Shown: positions 1 through 10,678 of the stretch, in pieces
Layout of the letters: each line of letters begins with the position of its first letter
Numbering within the stretch: position 1 is the stretch's first letter
Source of the DNA: an uncultured Pseudomonadota bacterium
Lineage (GTDB): Bacteria; Oederibacteriota; Muellerivitia; Muellerivitales; Muellerivitaceae
Length of the DNA: 64,000 nucleotides
Assembly: GCA_963843375.1 (NCBI GenBank)
Contig: CAWJKT010000008.1
Coordinates: forward strand, 192,001-256,000
Direction of reading: 5' to 3'
Notes under the pieces: model-generated
Told to the model about the DNA's origin: nothing
Databases searched by the model: none
What the model saw: only the letters and a program-made list of their open reading frames with translations
Made by a program: the position numbers and the translations under genes

Positions 1-2942
1 AGCGCCGAAAGACCCGCGGGTGAGACCTCGTTTTCCGCCGCCTGAAGGGAACTACCCGACAGGGCACCCAATTGGGACATCATTCCCATCAGTTGGGGAT
101 TAAAAACGTTGGTATCCAAATCCGCCCCGATGGCTTTCTGATTGGAGGTCAAACTGGCGGCCACAAATGAGGGAATGATGGATTCCAATTCCACACCGTT
201 GTTGTAATAAAGCGGAAGGAGCCTTATGTCTCCCAGGCTTTCTTCCACCTGTTGAAAGGTTCCTGTCAGGGTTCCCGAAGACGAAAGCGCCACAAGGGAA
301 CTTCCCAGGGCGGGCGCGCTCAACCCACCGTAGGAATAAAGATTCAGGGTGCCGCCCAAGGTGACGTTTCCAATCACGCTCACCGTGTCGTAATAGGCGG
401 CCTGTGAACCTCCCAATCCGAGTTTCAAGGTCCCCTGTGAAGTCTGGCTGTAATTGCCCCCGATCACCAGTCCGACGGGATAACCCGCGCTCTCAAGCGT
501 GCCATCGTTCACCGAAACGGAACCCAAACCCAGGGCTTGGGAGTTGCCAAAGGCCAGCGCGCCTGAATCCAATACGGTGCCGCCGCTATAGGTATTGGCT
601 CCGGTGAGGGTCAGCGTCCCCGTTCCAATCTTCGTCAGGGAAGCACCTGTTCCACCACCACTAGCACCTCCATCGTTGATCGAACCCGAAACCGTTGTGC
701 TTAGGTCGTTTCCACCCGTGAAGAGATCCACTCTTCCCAGGTCATAAACGCCGCCTCCAGCGATGGACCCAATAGTCATAGCCCCGCCCGCCACGGTGGA
801 AGCGTCACTGCCGCTGAAGTCCACCACACCCGTGCCGTTGTTGATGAGTTGGGCATTATCCCCGGTGGAATCATCATAAAAGTAAACAAGACCGCTGTTA
901 TTCACGATGGTGGCCGAACCCGCCGAGGAAGAATCCAGAAAGACCAGGTCGCTGTAATTCAGGATGGTGTTTTGCACGATAGAGGAGGTGAGGTAGCCTA
1001 AGAGAGCCCCATCGAGAACGACTACGGTGCCGGTGCCAGGCTTTCCGACTCCTTCCACATTTAATTGGCCGTTCACCACGGTGGTGCCGCCCGTATAGGA
1101 ACAGACGCTGGAGAGAGCCAAATTGCCCGACCCAATTTTTTCCAGGGTTACATTGCCCTCCAAGGGCCCCGCAATCCCGATAGCGCCAGAGGAGACCTCC
1201 AGAAGTGCATTGCTGCCGTTGATGGAAATGGCCCCCTGGCTTTCCAGGTCTCCGATGGAAACCAAAGCCTGGCCCTGGGCCCCATTGGAGCCCGAAGTGC
1301 TTCCCGATCCGCCCAGGCCACCGGAGCCACCTGTAATGTCCAACACATCCACCGACGTCAAGGAAGCTGACCCGGCGTAGAGGCTGACATTCCCGCCGTT
1401 TCCTCCGGCTCCCCCGGGGTTGCCCGAACCACTACCTCCGGCCCCGCCCGTACCGCCGGTCAAAGTCAGGGCGGACCCGCCATTCATGCTGAGGGTCCCC
1501 AAAGTAACGGCCAGGTCTCCGCCGTTGCCGCCGTCGCCCGTGAAGGTTCCCTGGCTGCCCAAACCCCCGGTACCTGCCGACACCTTGAAACCGGCCCCCG
1601 AACCCGTAATGGAAAGAACGCCCAACGAAACGCCCGCTGAACCACCATTTCCTCCCGAACCGGATACATAGGAATCGCCTCCTGCGCCGGCCGTCGCCAG
1701 AAGTTCTGCGCTTCCCGAAAGGGTAACCATTCCACCCCATACTTGGACGTTTCCGCCCTGGCCTGTTAGATAGTTGGAAGGCCCCCCATTGCCCCCAAGG
1801 ACTTCCAAATATTCGGAAGACTGGTTGATCGAGCCGATGTTAACCGAAGCGTCCCCGCCCGCGCCCGAAAGGGAAACCCCGCTTCCCCCGGTTCCGCCTT
1901 GGACGACCAGGATGGTGGAGAGGGTGACTGAACCCGTCTCCAGGTCGGCCCCCCCGCCTGTACCTCCGGTAACCCCGGCCCCGCCTTGCCCGCCTTGGAG
2001 AATGACATTACCCAACGATGAAACAGAAAGTTCATTATAAATAGTAAAATCAACCGACCCGCCATTTCCCCCCTGGGGAGTGCCGGTTCCCAGGTCGGTT
2101 ACCCCGCCGCCACTTCCTGCGGTAAACTGGACACCGTCCCCGCCGAGGGAACAATTGTTTCCTTGGACAACCACCGATCCCCCATTCCCCCCCAGGTTCC
2201 CCATGCCGTTGGTATTGCTCACTGCCCCACCCGTCCCTGCGTTGACTAGTAGATAGCTGCCCGTGAAGTTCAGGGTGTCGAAACTTAAACTAACCGATCC
2301 CCCGTTGCCGCCCTGATCCTGGTAGCCCAAACCGTCGGAAACCGAGCCGCCAGCACCCGCGTTGATCTGTATCAGCGAATTGTCACCGGTGTTCCAGGTC
2401 CCGCCGATGACCATTTGAACATTCCCACCCGCTTGGCCAGTAACCCCGCTGGAGGAGGTTTGGGTGGAAGGCGCCGTAGCCCCGTAAAGGAATAAATCGT
2501 CGTCAGGATCCATAGCCCATCCGGCCGCCGTCACCGAAACATCCAAATCCGTGCCCAAGCCCCCGTTGTTTTCAAGGGTTAGGTATTGGACTTGTTGGAT
2601 GAAATTTTGCTGGAAATCGAACTGGGATTGGGCGTCGTTTTGTCCCTCGATTTGCACCGAGGAACCCTGAAAAGTCACGGCCTGGGAAAGGGGCGTGAAT
2701 GGCAAAGAGAGCGTAATAGGTAAGGATTCCTCAAAAGTAATGGCCCCGGCTGCATCCGAAGCGTTGAGCCCAGTCACGGCCGCGCCAAGTGAGCCGGGAC
2801 TGTCATCTCCGGCGTTATCATTCACCAAGTAAGTATTTTGGGCTAAAAGGGAGAGAGGCAGAAAGAAAAGGATCCCGGCCAACCATGCAATCCATGTCTC
2901 CCTTGATATTCTTTTCAAAAAAGTTTTCAGAAAAGCAGACAT
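1..2942 (-). CDS. Gly-rich autotransporter / passenger-associated beta-strand repeat protein (3' end outside window)
   Basis: Missing from the ORF track because it has no stop in the window. Read manually: ATG at 2942 after a GGAG RBS, signal peptide MSAFLK...LPLSLLAQ, many GGxGG repeats, and two PATR-type repeats (LEKIGSGNLALSSVCSYTGGT; LTKIGTGTLTLTGANTYSGGT). Frame stays open to position 1. Confidence 0.85.
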   Translation of the reverse strand, partial: MSAFLKTFLKRISRETWIAWLAGILFFLPLSLLAQNTYLVNDNAGDDSPGSLGAAVTGLNASDAAGAITFEESLPITLSLPFTPLSQAVTFQGSSVQIEGQNDAQSQFDFQQNFIQQVQYLTLENNGGLGTDLDVSVTAAGWAMDPDDDLFLYGATAPSTQTSSSGVTGQAGGNVQMVIGGTWNTGDNSLIQINAGAGGSVSDGLGYQDQGGNGGSVSLSFDTLNFTGSYLLVNAGTGGAVSNTNGMGNLGGNGGSVVVQGNNCSLGGDGVQFTAGSGGGVTDLGTGTPQGGNGGSVDFTIYNELSVSSLGNVILQGGQGGAGVTGGTGGGADLETGSVTLSTILVVQGGTGGSGVSLSGAGGDASVNIGSINQSSEYLEVLGGNGGPSNYLTGQGGNVQVWGGMVTLSGSAELLATAGAGGDSYVSGSGGNGGSAGVSLGVLSITGSGAGFKVSAGTGGLGSQGTFTGDGGNGGDLAVTLGTLSMNGGSALTLTGGTGGAGGSGSGNPGGAGGNGGNVSLYAGSASLTSVDVLDITGGSGGLGGSGSTSGSNGAQGQALVSIGDLESQGAISINGSNALLEVSSGAIGIAGPLEGNVTLEKIGSGNLALSSVCSYTGGTTVVNGQLNVEGVGKPGTGTVVVLDGALLGYLTSSIVQNTILNYSDLVFLDSSSAGSATIVNNSGLVYFYDDSTGDNAQLINNGTGVVDFSGSDASTVAGGAMTIGSIAGGGVYDLGRVDLFTGGNDLSTTVSGSINDGGASGGGTGASLTKIGTGTLTLTGANTYSGGTVLDSGALAFGNSQALGLGSVSVNDGTLESAGYPVGLVIGGNYSQTSQGTLKLGLGGSQAAYYDTVSVIGNVTLGGTLNLYSYGGLSAPALGSSLVALSSSGTLTGTFQQVEESLGDIRLLPLYYNNGVELESIIPSFVAASLTSNQKAIGADLDTNVFNPQLMGMMSQLGALSGSSLQAAENEVSPAGLSA

Positions 2943-3131
2943 GGAATCTCCCTTGGGGTTCGGACTTTCTTAAACCTACCGGATCATTTTACCCCTTTTT
3001 CATTAAGGAAAGTTCTTGCGGAGCTGGCTTTGTTGTCGGGGAAAAACCCCAAAACAAAGCCCTTACACTACATCGACCCCTTGTTTGATAAGCATTCTTC
3101 AAAAAATAGTGATTCAACGTATAATCTCTAT

Positions 3132-3998
3132 ATGAGATGCCCTGAATGCGACTTGGAACAACACGACAACGCGGCTCTTTGCTCTGGATGCGGCTTGAGT
3201 TTCGCGATGTGGCGCCAACATAATCCCCCGGCGAAAAAAGCGGCCCCTGATCCCCCGAAAGAAATGACCTTCCCTGTTCCAGAGGAAAAGTCGGCCCCTC
3301 AGGACAAAGCCGCCACGACGGATCCACCCATGGAATCACCCTCAACCGAGGTTCCAATTCATAACTTTAAATTAGAAGGCGACCCCGGCGAAAGCAAAGG
3401 TTTCCAATGGAAACCCTTCTATTGGGCCGGTCTTGGCCTTATCCTGGGCCTGATATTGGGGTCCTTTTATTTTGTTCACCAGGCCTCCAATCCCCCTTCG
3501 GGGGACGAAAAACCAGTTCCCCTGGCCATGGTCACTCCCGGCACATCTTCCTTCCCCGGCATGAGCACGCCTGCGACTTCCACCCCGACGAATGAAACCA
3601 CCCCCGAGGAAACCCCCTTCGATTCACAAGCCAATCCCGCCGCCGGCACCAATAACAACTCCACTTCCGACCAAGCTCCCACTCCCATTCCTACCGAAGA
3701 ACCGGCACCCACTTCAACTCCTGTCCCGGTCGCCCCCGCGAATACACCGGGCCAGTCGGCCGCAGCCCCCGCCGCCCCGGTGGATTCCTCCACCACGCCG
3801 GCCGCGGCCGCTGCCCCCGACACCCCAGCGGATTCGGCTACGGTCACTTCACCCGCTTCGCCTAACAACCCGGGCGAGGGATCAGGTTCGCCAGCGCCCA
3901 ATAACCCTGTTTCCGCCGCGCCGGCACCCGCCTCCAGCCCTGATCTTTTGGAATCCTCCCAGCCCTTGCCCACCCCCACCGCCATCCCGGTACCCTGA
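3132..3998 (+). CDS. Zinc-ribbon, single-TM protein with Pro/Thr/Ala-rich C-terminal tail
   Basis: MRCPEC..CSGCG zinc ribbon at the likely ATG 3132, hydrophobic helix WAGLGLILGLILGSFYFV, low-complexity P/T/S/A tail. Confidence 0.7.
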   Translation: MRCPECDLEQHDNAALCSGCGLSFAMWRQHNPPAKKAAPDPPKEMTFPVPEEKSAPQDKAATTDPPMESPSTEVPIHNFKLEGDPGESKGFQWKPFYWAGLGLILGLILGSFYFVHQASNPPSGDEKPVPLAMVTPGTSSFPGMSTPATSTPTNETTPEETPFDSQANPAAGTNNNSTSDQAPTPIPTEEPAPTSTPVPVAPANTPGQSAAAPAAPVDSSTTPAAAAAPDTPADSATVTSPASPNNPGEGSGSPAPNNPVSAAPAPASSPDLLESSQPLPTPTAIPVP

Positions 3999-4117
3999 CT
4001 CATCGTTAAATTTCCCCAAAAACAAAAGGCCTTTTTCAGTTTAAAGTCCGGGTTAACCGCCAAGAAACGGCAAAATTGAAGTTAGAGAAATAACGGAATT
4101 CCGCGCCACAAAAATTT

Positions 4118-5593
4118 TTATCTCAAATCCGAGGAACGGTCGGCGGGGATTTTCAACTCCGACATGAGTTCGGCTGTGGCCTGCGGGGCTTTGGCGGCAT
4201 CAAAAACGATCCGGGAGCCGAACCAGGTGTGGTCGTCAAGTTCGATCACCTGATAGCCTCCCATCGGGTTTTGGAATGCGGCGATAAGGTCTTTTATTTC
4301 CGAAATGGGGCGTCCGTTCACCTTCTGGACGATAAGGTTGGTTTGCTGGTCGTAACCGACGTTGATGTCATGTGGAAGCACATGGCTGAGTAAAACAACC
4401 TGCTTTCGCTCCGGCGTGGGATCACCGTGGAAAAAGAGGTCCTTCAATTCCGGCTTAAAGCTTTCCCAATCTCCCGAGCCAAAATAATTGGCGGTCAAAG
4501 GGACGAAAACAAAACCCGCATAAAAGTAATACGTGGGATGGATATTGTCTGGTCGAAAGGGGACGAGTTTGGAAGGCGGCTTGAGGGGCACTTCCACTTT
4601 CATCGGATGACCGTCCCGAAGAATTTCCAAGCTGGTTTTCTCACCCATCAGGTAAAAGGTGATCAGATAGGTCCAATCGATCCTCTCGGATTTGGCCAGA
4701 GTGATATCGCCCTCATTGTCGATGGGATGGCCGTCAATGGCGGTCAGGATGTCCCCTGCCTGAAGAAACCCGTCCGCGGAACCACCGTAAATGACTTTCG
4801 TGACCACCACCCCGGTTTTATCCGGGGATAGCTTGTCGTAGGCTTGAAGTGAGGGGTTTTCCAAATTCTGAACGAAAACGCCGATGTCAGGGAACCCGTC
4901 GTACCGCTTTCCCTTTTCAGTCCCCTTTAAAAACCGCTGGACCACGTTGATAGGAATAAAGGAACCCGTTTTATCGGGGACATGCCAGGACTCAAAAGGA
5001 AGACCGACGAATTTTCCGTTGCTGAACACACCGCAACCGTCTTTCTTGGTGTCAATCGGGTTGTAGGTGATCAGGCCCGGCACAAAGCGCATGGATTCAG
5101 TGGAGTAAACCATATCAAGTCCCGAAACGGTGTCTTCCTTGACCGAAATCTCGTCGCCCCCGTGGATCACGACCTTATCCCCAGGCGCGGGCAACTCGCC
5201 GAATTCCACGGGTTCCGCGTCCTTGAAGAAGTCCTTGTCCTCCAGCGAGAGAAGGGCCAAATCCATGTCATAACCCACCTGATCCACCTTCGCCACGTAC
5301 CGTTTGGTTTCCCCAAACTTTTGCACCTCGATGTAATTGGCCTTATTGGCGAACTGGGCCGTCGTGAGAATTCGCCCGCCGGGAATCACCACCCCGCATC
5401 CCTCCAATTGAACCTGCGATCCCGGTTTCCAGGGTTCATAAAAATCCACGTTTTGAACCGTGGAAAAAACCTTGACCACGGATTTTTTCAGGTCCCCCGC
5501 CTTATGCCAACGGCAAGCGGGAAGGAAAAGAATCGCGCATGACAAAAACAGGACTTGCACGGAAGGGGCGGAGCCTTTCAAAATATTCCTCAT
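4118..5593 (-). CDS. Deg/HtrA-like trypsin-PDZ protein, predicted catalytically inactive, probable lipoprotein
   Basis: Full-length paralogue of 5590..7134. His motif TNAHV is TTAQF and Ser motif GNSGG is KKDGC. Lipobox-like LFLPAC. Confidence 0.8.
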   Translation of the reverse strand: MRNILKGSAPSVQVLFLSCAILFLPACRWHKAGDLKKSVVKVFSTVQNVDFYEPWKPGSQVQLEGCGVVIPGGRILTTAQFANKANYIEVQKFGETKRYVAKVDQVGYDMDLALLSLEDKDFFKDAEPVEFGELPAPGDKVVIHGGDEISVKEDTVSGLDMVYSTESMRFVPGLITYNPIDTKKDGCGVFSNGKFVGLPFESWHVPDKTGSFIPINVVQRFLKGTEKGKRYDGFPDIGVFVQNLENPSLQAYDKLSPDKTGVVVTKVIYGGSADGFLQAGDILTAIDGHPIDNEGDITLAKSERIDWTYLITFYLMGEKTSLEILRDGHPMKVEVPLKPPSKLVPFRPDNIHPTYYFYAGFVFVPLTANYFGSGDWESFKPELKDLFFHGDPTPERKQVVLLSHVLPHDINVGYDQQTNLIVQKVNGRPISEIKDLIAAFQNPMGGYQVIELDDHTWFGSRIVFDAAKAPQATAELMSELKIPADRSSDLR

Positions 5594-7134
5594 TTCAAAT
5601 CCTGCGAGCGATCGTCCGGTATATTGTTCTGCGCCAGGATTTCCGTGGTGGCCTGCTTCGACTTGTCGGCGTCCAGGACGATTTTCGTCCCCACCTCCGC
5701 CGGATTATCAAATTCGATGACGTGCCGCCCTTGCTGGGGATTTTCAAAGGCACGGATCAAATCCTTCATTTGTGTAATGGGAATTCCGTTTACCTTTTCC
5801 ACGATCAAATTAGAGTATTTGGCCCCATATCCCTTGTTGATCTCATGGGAAAGAATATGGCTCATGAGGACGATCTGTTTTTGGTTTTCCGATGGCAACC
5901 CGTCGAAGTAAAGAGGCATGAAACCCAGAGGCGGGTTCTTGGTGATTTGCAGGTAATTGGAGTTGAGAGGCGTGAAGACCAGACCGCCGAAGATGAAATA
6001 AGTGGGGTTGACGTCGTATTTCACGAAAGGGACCAGGCGCGCGTCGTCTTTCAAGGTGACTGAAATCCTGAGCGGCTTTTTATTGCGCAGGATTTTTAAA
6101 ACCATTTCTCCCCCAATCTTGTGGAGGCACAGAGGGTAGGTGAAATTGAGCCTTTCGCCCTTGTGGAACGGGATGGTGCCATCGTTGGCAATGGGAAAAC
6201 CGTCAATCGAAAGGAGGATGTCATTTTCCAGGACCTTGTCCCAGGCGGAGGAATGATAAACCACTTTGGAAACGAGAAGACCCGTCTGGTCCGGTTTCAT
6301 TCCGTAATAGTCCCGGAGGGAGTCGTTCTCCATGTGTTCAGTGTAGAGTCCCAATGTGGGAACGGGGCTGTAACTTCCCTTTTTGATCTGCTTCAAGAAC
6401 CGCTGGATGAGCAGAACGGGGACGATGTAACCGGTATTTTGGGCGACGGCAGCGTTATATCCCTGAAAGGCGACGCCAACCAGTTTTTTGCGGCTGAAGA
6501 CCGGCCCCCCGCTGTTGCCGGGATTTATGGCCGCATCCGTCTGAATGCCCAGGAGGTTTCGCATGGAGTGGCTGTATTGGATGACCTCAATGCGGGAAAC
6601 TTCCCCATCGGTGATGGACAAGTCTTCTCCCCCCACCGGGTAGCCGTAGACCTCGACTTTATCCTTCAAAGCCGGCAGGCCCCCGAACTTGACCGGTTTG
6701 GTTCCGCGGAAGAACTTCGGGTCGTCAACCTTCAGGATGGCTAGGTCGCAATCATGGGCGACATATATTTTTTTGGCGGTGTATTTTTTGGAGTCTCCGT
6801 CCTTGAGGACTTGGATGAAAATCTCGTCCGAAACCACGTGGGCATTGGTCAGGATGCGGTTCCCGGAAATGACGCACCCGCTGCCGCTGACGTTTTCCTG
6901 GGATCCTACCCTCCAGGGCTCGTAGTAGTTCGGCTTTTGCATCGTCGTGAATATTTTGACCAGGCATTTTCGCAATGGGTCTTCACTGGCAGCGGAGATC
7001 CGGGGATATGAGGAAAAAAGGACAAGGAGGACGAATAGAGTGGAAACACGGAACAAGGGACCGAGACGGCGGGTCTTGGGGCTCAATGAATTCTCCACTC
7101 CATGCTCGTCCTTAATAAGATGACACCTAACCAT
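5590..7134 (-). CDS. Deg/HtrA-family serine protease with PDZ domains (Deg2-like)
   Basis: Intact triad LTNAHVV / DLAIL / AAINPGNSGGP, then PDZ regions (ENDILLSIDG; KVNGIPI). N-terminal signal; exact start uncertain. Confidence 0.9.
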   Translation of the reverse strand: MVRCHLIKDEHGVENSLSPKTRRLGPLFRVSTLFVLLVLFSSYPRISAASEDPLRKCLVKIFTTMQKPNYYEPWRVGSQENVSGSGCVISGNRILTNAHVVSDEIFIQVLKDGDSKKYTAKKIYVAHDCDLAILKVDDPKFFRGTKPVKFGGLPALKDKVEVYGYPVGGEDLSITDGEVSRIEVIQYSHSMRNLLGIQTDAAINPGNSGGPVFSRKKLVGVAFQGYNAAVAQNTGYIVPVLLIQRFLKQIKKGSYSPVPTLGLYTEHMENDSLRDYYGMKPDQTGLLVSKVVYHSSAWDKVLENDILLSIDGFPIANDGTIPFHKGERLNFTYPLCLHKIGGEMVLKILRNKKPLRISVTLKDDARLVPFVKYDVNPTYFIFGGLVFTPLNSNYLQITKNPPLGFMPLYFDGLPSENQKQIVLMSHILSHEINKGYGAKYSNLIVEKVNGIPITQMKDLIRAFENPQQGRHVIEFDNPAEVGTKIVLDADKSKQATTEILAQNNIPDDRSQDLK

Positions 7135-7202
7135 CTAAAACGCGTCCAGTTTAACATGAGGCTTCGAGCCCGGCGGACAAAAACCTCGCGAACCATCCAT
7201 CT

Positions 7203-7631
7203 TCAGCGCATTAAAACCAACTCCGGGATGGCGTCGCTGTCCACCCACACCACCGCGTTTTGCTTGTATTTCACCGCCATTTCCTTCGCGGTTTCCAGGG
7301 TCACCCCCAGCACCAAAAAGCTCGGCTCGGCTTTCCAGTGTCCACTAGGGTCGCCTCCCACGCCTTCGAAGAATGGCAACTTCATTTGGGTCAAATCATT
7401 CTTCAAATGCTTGTGAGCCCGGATATTGAGGTTGCGGTCAGTCTTCCGGCTATAGGGATTATAGGCCGTGAGGTACATTGCGCTCTCGCGGCCCTTTTCC
7501 TCATAGAGCTTGGCCAACTCGATGGATTTTTTCCAGATCCTCAAGACAAAACCCGGCGGCCCTGTTACGCGGTAGTGGGCCGTGTTGTAGGCATTGATCA
7601 GGGTCTTCGAAAGCTTGGTTTGTGCCGGCAT
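7203..7631 (-). CDS. DUF3293 family protein
   Basis: LTAYNPYS, GVGGDPSGHWKAEPSFLV and YKQNAVVW motifs typical of DUF3293. Confidence 0.75.
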   Translation of the reverse strand: MPAQTKLSKTLINAYNTAHYRVTGPPGFVLRIWKKSIELAKLYEEKGRESAMYLTAYNPYSRKTDRNLNIRAHKHLKNDLTQMKLPFFEGVGGDPSGHWKAEPSFLVLGVTLETAKEMAVKYKQNAVVWVDSDAIPELVLMR

Positions 7632-7667
7632 AAAACACCTTTGAAATTTTTTCGAAAAGCGGCGGGC

Positions 7668-10480
7668 TCAATGGGCCTCAAGCCAGCTCTTGCCCACGCC
7701 CACGTCCACCTTGAGGGGTACCTTCAGCTTCATGGCGTTTTCCATCTCGTGGAGGATCATCTTCTTGGCTTCTTCCACCTCGTCCTTGGGCGCCTCGAAG
7801 ACCAATTCGTCATGCACTTGCAACAACATGGCGGTTTCCATTTTTTTGGTTTTCAGTTTCTCATGAAGCCGCACCATGGCCACCTTGATAAGGTCCGCCG
7901 CCGAGCCCTGGATGGGCGTGTTGACCGCCATATGCTCTCCGGTTATCTTCAGGCCGATATTGGTGGAATGGATTTCGGGGATCAGCCGCTTGCGTCCCAG
8001 GATGGTGGAGACGTAGCCTTGTTGGCGCGCTAATTCCACCATCTCGGTGGTGAATTTCTGGATGCCCGGGTACTTGGCGAAATAATCCTCGATGAATTTC
8101 TTGGCCTCGGCCATGGAAACACCATTTTCCCGGGCCAGGCGTAAGGGTCCCATGCCGTAAATGACCCCGAAGTTGATGGTTTTGGCCTGATTTCTTTGGG
8201 TGGAGGTGACCTTTTCCATTGGCGTCCCGAAGATCAGGGAGGCAGTGCGACGGTGGACATCCTCGTCGTTCTCGAAGGTCTCGATAAGGTTCGGGTCCCC
8301 GGTGATATGAGCCAGGACACGAAGCTCGATCTGGGAGTAGTCGGCGGAAATCAGCACATGCTTGGAATCCTCCGGCACGAAGGCCCCACGGATTCTGCCG
8401 GCCGAATTCGGAACGGATGGGGATGTTTTGCAGGTTGGGGTCGGTGGAGGAAAGCCGGCCCGTGGCGGCCACGACCTGGCTATAGGAGGTATGGATGCGG
8501 CCGTCTTTGGGATGGACCATTTTGGGCAAGACGTCCAGATAGGTGTTCTTCAGTTTGGAAGCATGCCGGAAATCCAGCACCATGTCGGCGATAGGAACGC
8601 CCTTGAGGGATTCCAGCACGTCCACGTCGGTGGCGTAGCCGGTCTTGGTCTTTTTGACCCGTGTCCCGGCGATCTTCTGGACCTGCATTTTCTCGAAGAG
8701 GATCTTTCCCAATTGCAGGGGCGAGCCGATGGTGAATTCTTCGCCCGCTTCCTTGAATATCTTTTTGGTGAGCTTTTTCAGCTCCACGCCCGCCTCGTCG
8801 GATAATTGTTTCAGGAGCTTCTCGTCCACGCAGATGCCCTTGCGCTCCATGTCCTCCAGAACCATCACCAGGGGCAGTTCCACTTCTTGGTAAAGCTTTT
8901 CCAAGCCCTCCTTTTTCAACCGGGGGGCGAAAAAGGCGTGGGTCCGGAAAGTGAAGTCCGCGTCCTCGCAGGCATATTGGGTGATGGCTTCCAGGGGGAC
9001 CCTGTCCATGGTGATTTGTTTCTTGCCGCTACCGATCAAGGTCCTCGGTGGGAATCTTGGTGTAACCGAAATGCTTAAGAGCGATCGCGTCCAGGTTGTG
9101 CTGGCGGCTGGAGGAATCCAGCAGGTAGCTTTCCACCATGGTGTCGAAGGCGAAGCCCTGGGGCTCGATGCCATGGCTTTTAAAGACCGCCCAGTCGTAT
9201 TTGCTGTTCTGTCCGCCCTTTTTCGATTTTCGGGTTTTCCAAAAAGGGCTTAAGGATTTTAATGAGCTTTTCTTTTTTCAGTTCCTGGTTGAAGGGTATG
9301 AAAACCGCTTCTTTTTCTTTCCAGGCCAGGGAAACCCCGACGATATCCACCGTCAGGGCATCCAGACCCGTCGTCTCGGTGTCCACCGCCACCAGCCCGG
9401 CTTTGGTCGCCTCCGCCAAGGCCTTCTCGATTTCCTCCTGGGTCAACAGGCTGCGGTATTTATCGGAAACAATCTTGAATACGGCCTGTACCGGCACCGG
9501 TTCTTCGGGTGTATCTCCCTTTTCCTTTTTAGCCTTTTTCTTTTTCTCTTTCTTTTTTTCCGGGCTTTCCAGTTTGAATTCCTGCGGGGCGCCCTTGGAG
9601 GCCGCTCCGGCATATTCCTCCACCCGGGGCATCATGCGGTTGAATTCCAATTCCCGGCAAAGTTCTCGCAGAGCCTCCAAATCCGGCTTCCCACAAACCA
9701 TGTCTTCGGGCTTGTCCGTGATGGGGGTCTCGCAATCGATAGTCACCAATTCCTTTGAAAGGTCGGCCAGAGCCTTGTTCTTAGGAGGGATTCCTTCAAT
9801 TTTGGCTTTTGGATCTTATCTACATTTTTAAAGAGGTTGTCCAGGGACCCGTATTCCTGGATAAGGGTCGAGGCGGTTTTCTCGCCAATGCCCGGCACCC
9901 CCGGCACGTTGTCCGAGGCATCACCCATCAGCGCCAGGACGTCGATAACCTGCTCGGGCTTCACCCCGAATTTTTCCAGCACGTCCTTCTCGTCCGCCAT
10001 TTTCCAATCATCGGGCCATTTGGGCTTGTACATCTTGACCCCGGGGCCCATGAGCTGCATGAAATCCTTGTCGCCGGAGACGATGACGCTGTCGATTTTT
10101 TCTTTTTTCGCCCGCGCCACCATCGTGCCGATCACGTCATCCGCCTCATAACCCGGTTTGACCAGAATGGGCAAATTCATGGCCTTGACCATCTTCTCGA
10201 TATAAGGGAAGGACTTGGCCAGGTCGTCCGGCATCTCCTCCCGGTTGGCCTTGTATTCTTTATAGAGTTTGTGGCGGAAGGTCGGTTCCCGGGAATCGAA
10301 AACCACCGCGAAATAATCGGGTTTTTGTTTTTCCAAGATCATCAGCAGGGTGTTCATAAAACCGAAAACCGCCGAGGTATTCAACCCCTTGGAGGTAATC
10401 CGGGGGTTTTTGATAAAGGCGAAATAGCCACGGTAGGCCACCGCCGCGCCATCGAGGAGAAATAATCTGGGTTTAGACAT
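7668..10480 (-). CDS. polA: DNA polymerase I, split by several frameshifts
   Basis: 5' nuclease (LLDG..YRGYFA, EADDVIG, GDASDNVPGVPGIGEKTA), exo I VDTETTGL, TGRLSSTDPNLQNIP, DYSQIELR, AKTINFGVIYG and QVHDELV are spread over four ORF fragments. Confidence 0.95.
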
Positions 10481-10600
10481 TTTTCACCTTTGATTTTTTC
10501 CGGGACAAGGGGATGTATAAATTAACCGAACCGCCAAATCGGATTTCGAGTCAAAAAAATCTCGATGGCAAAGGGCATGAAGCGCCCTCCAAAAACCCGG

Positions 10601-10640
10601 AAATAAAAAAGCCCCCCTCCATTTCAAGGAGAGAGGCTTT
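10601..10640 (-). terminator. Rho-independent terminator after the parAB-hypothetical unit
   Basis: Minus-strand hairpin GCCTCTCTCC-ttgaaat-GGAGGGGGGC followed by a T run. Confidence 0.75.
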
Positions 10641-10678
10641 ACTTTACCAACGGATATCGTTTTAAAGATACCGCAAAG

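Noticed and set aside
404..2065. Pro-rich plus-strand ORFs and short minus-strand ORFs
   Set aside because: Antisense or out-of-frame shadows of the Gly-rich autotransporter.
3476..4063. 195-aa Gly/Ala-rich minus-strand ORF
   Set aside because: Mirror of the Pro/Thr/Ala tail of the zinc-ribbon gene.
7668..10480. polA as a split gene, pseudogene or programmed frameshift
   Set aside because: Same lesion type occurs in many unrelated conserved genes with no shared slippery site; assembly error is simpler.
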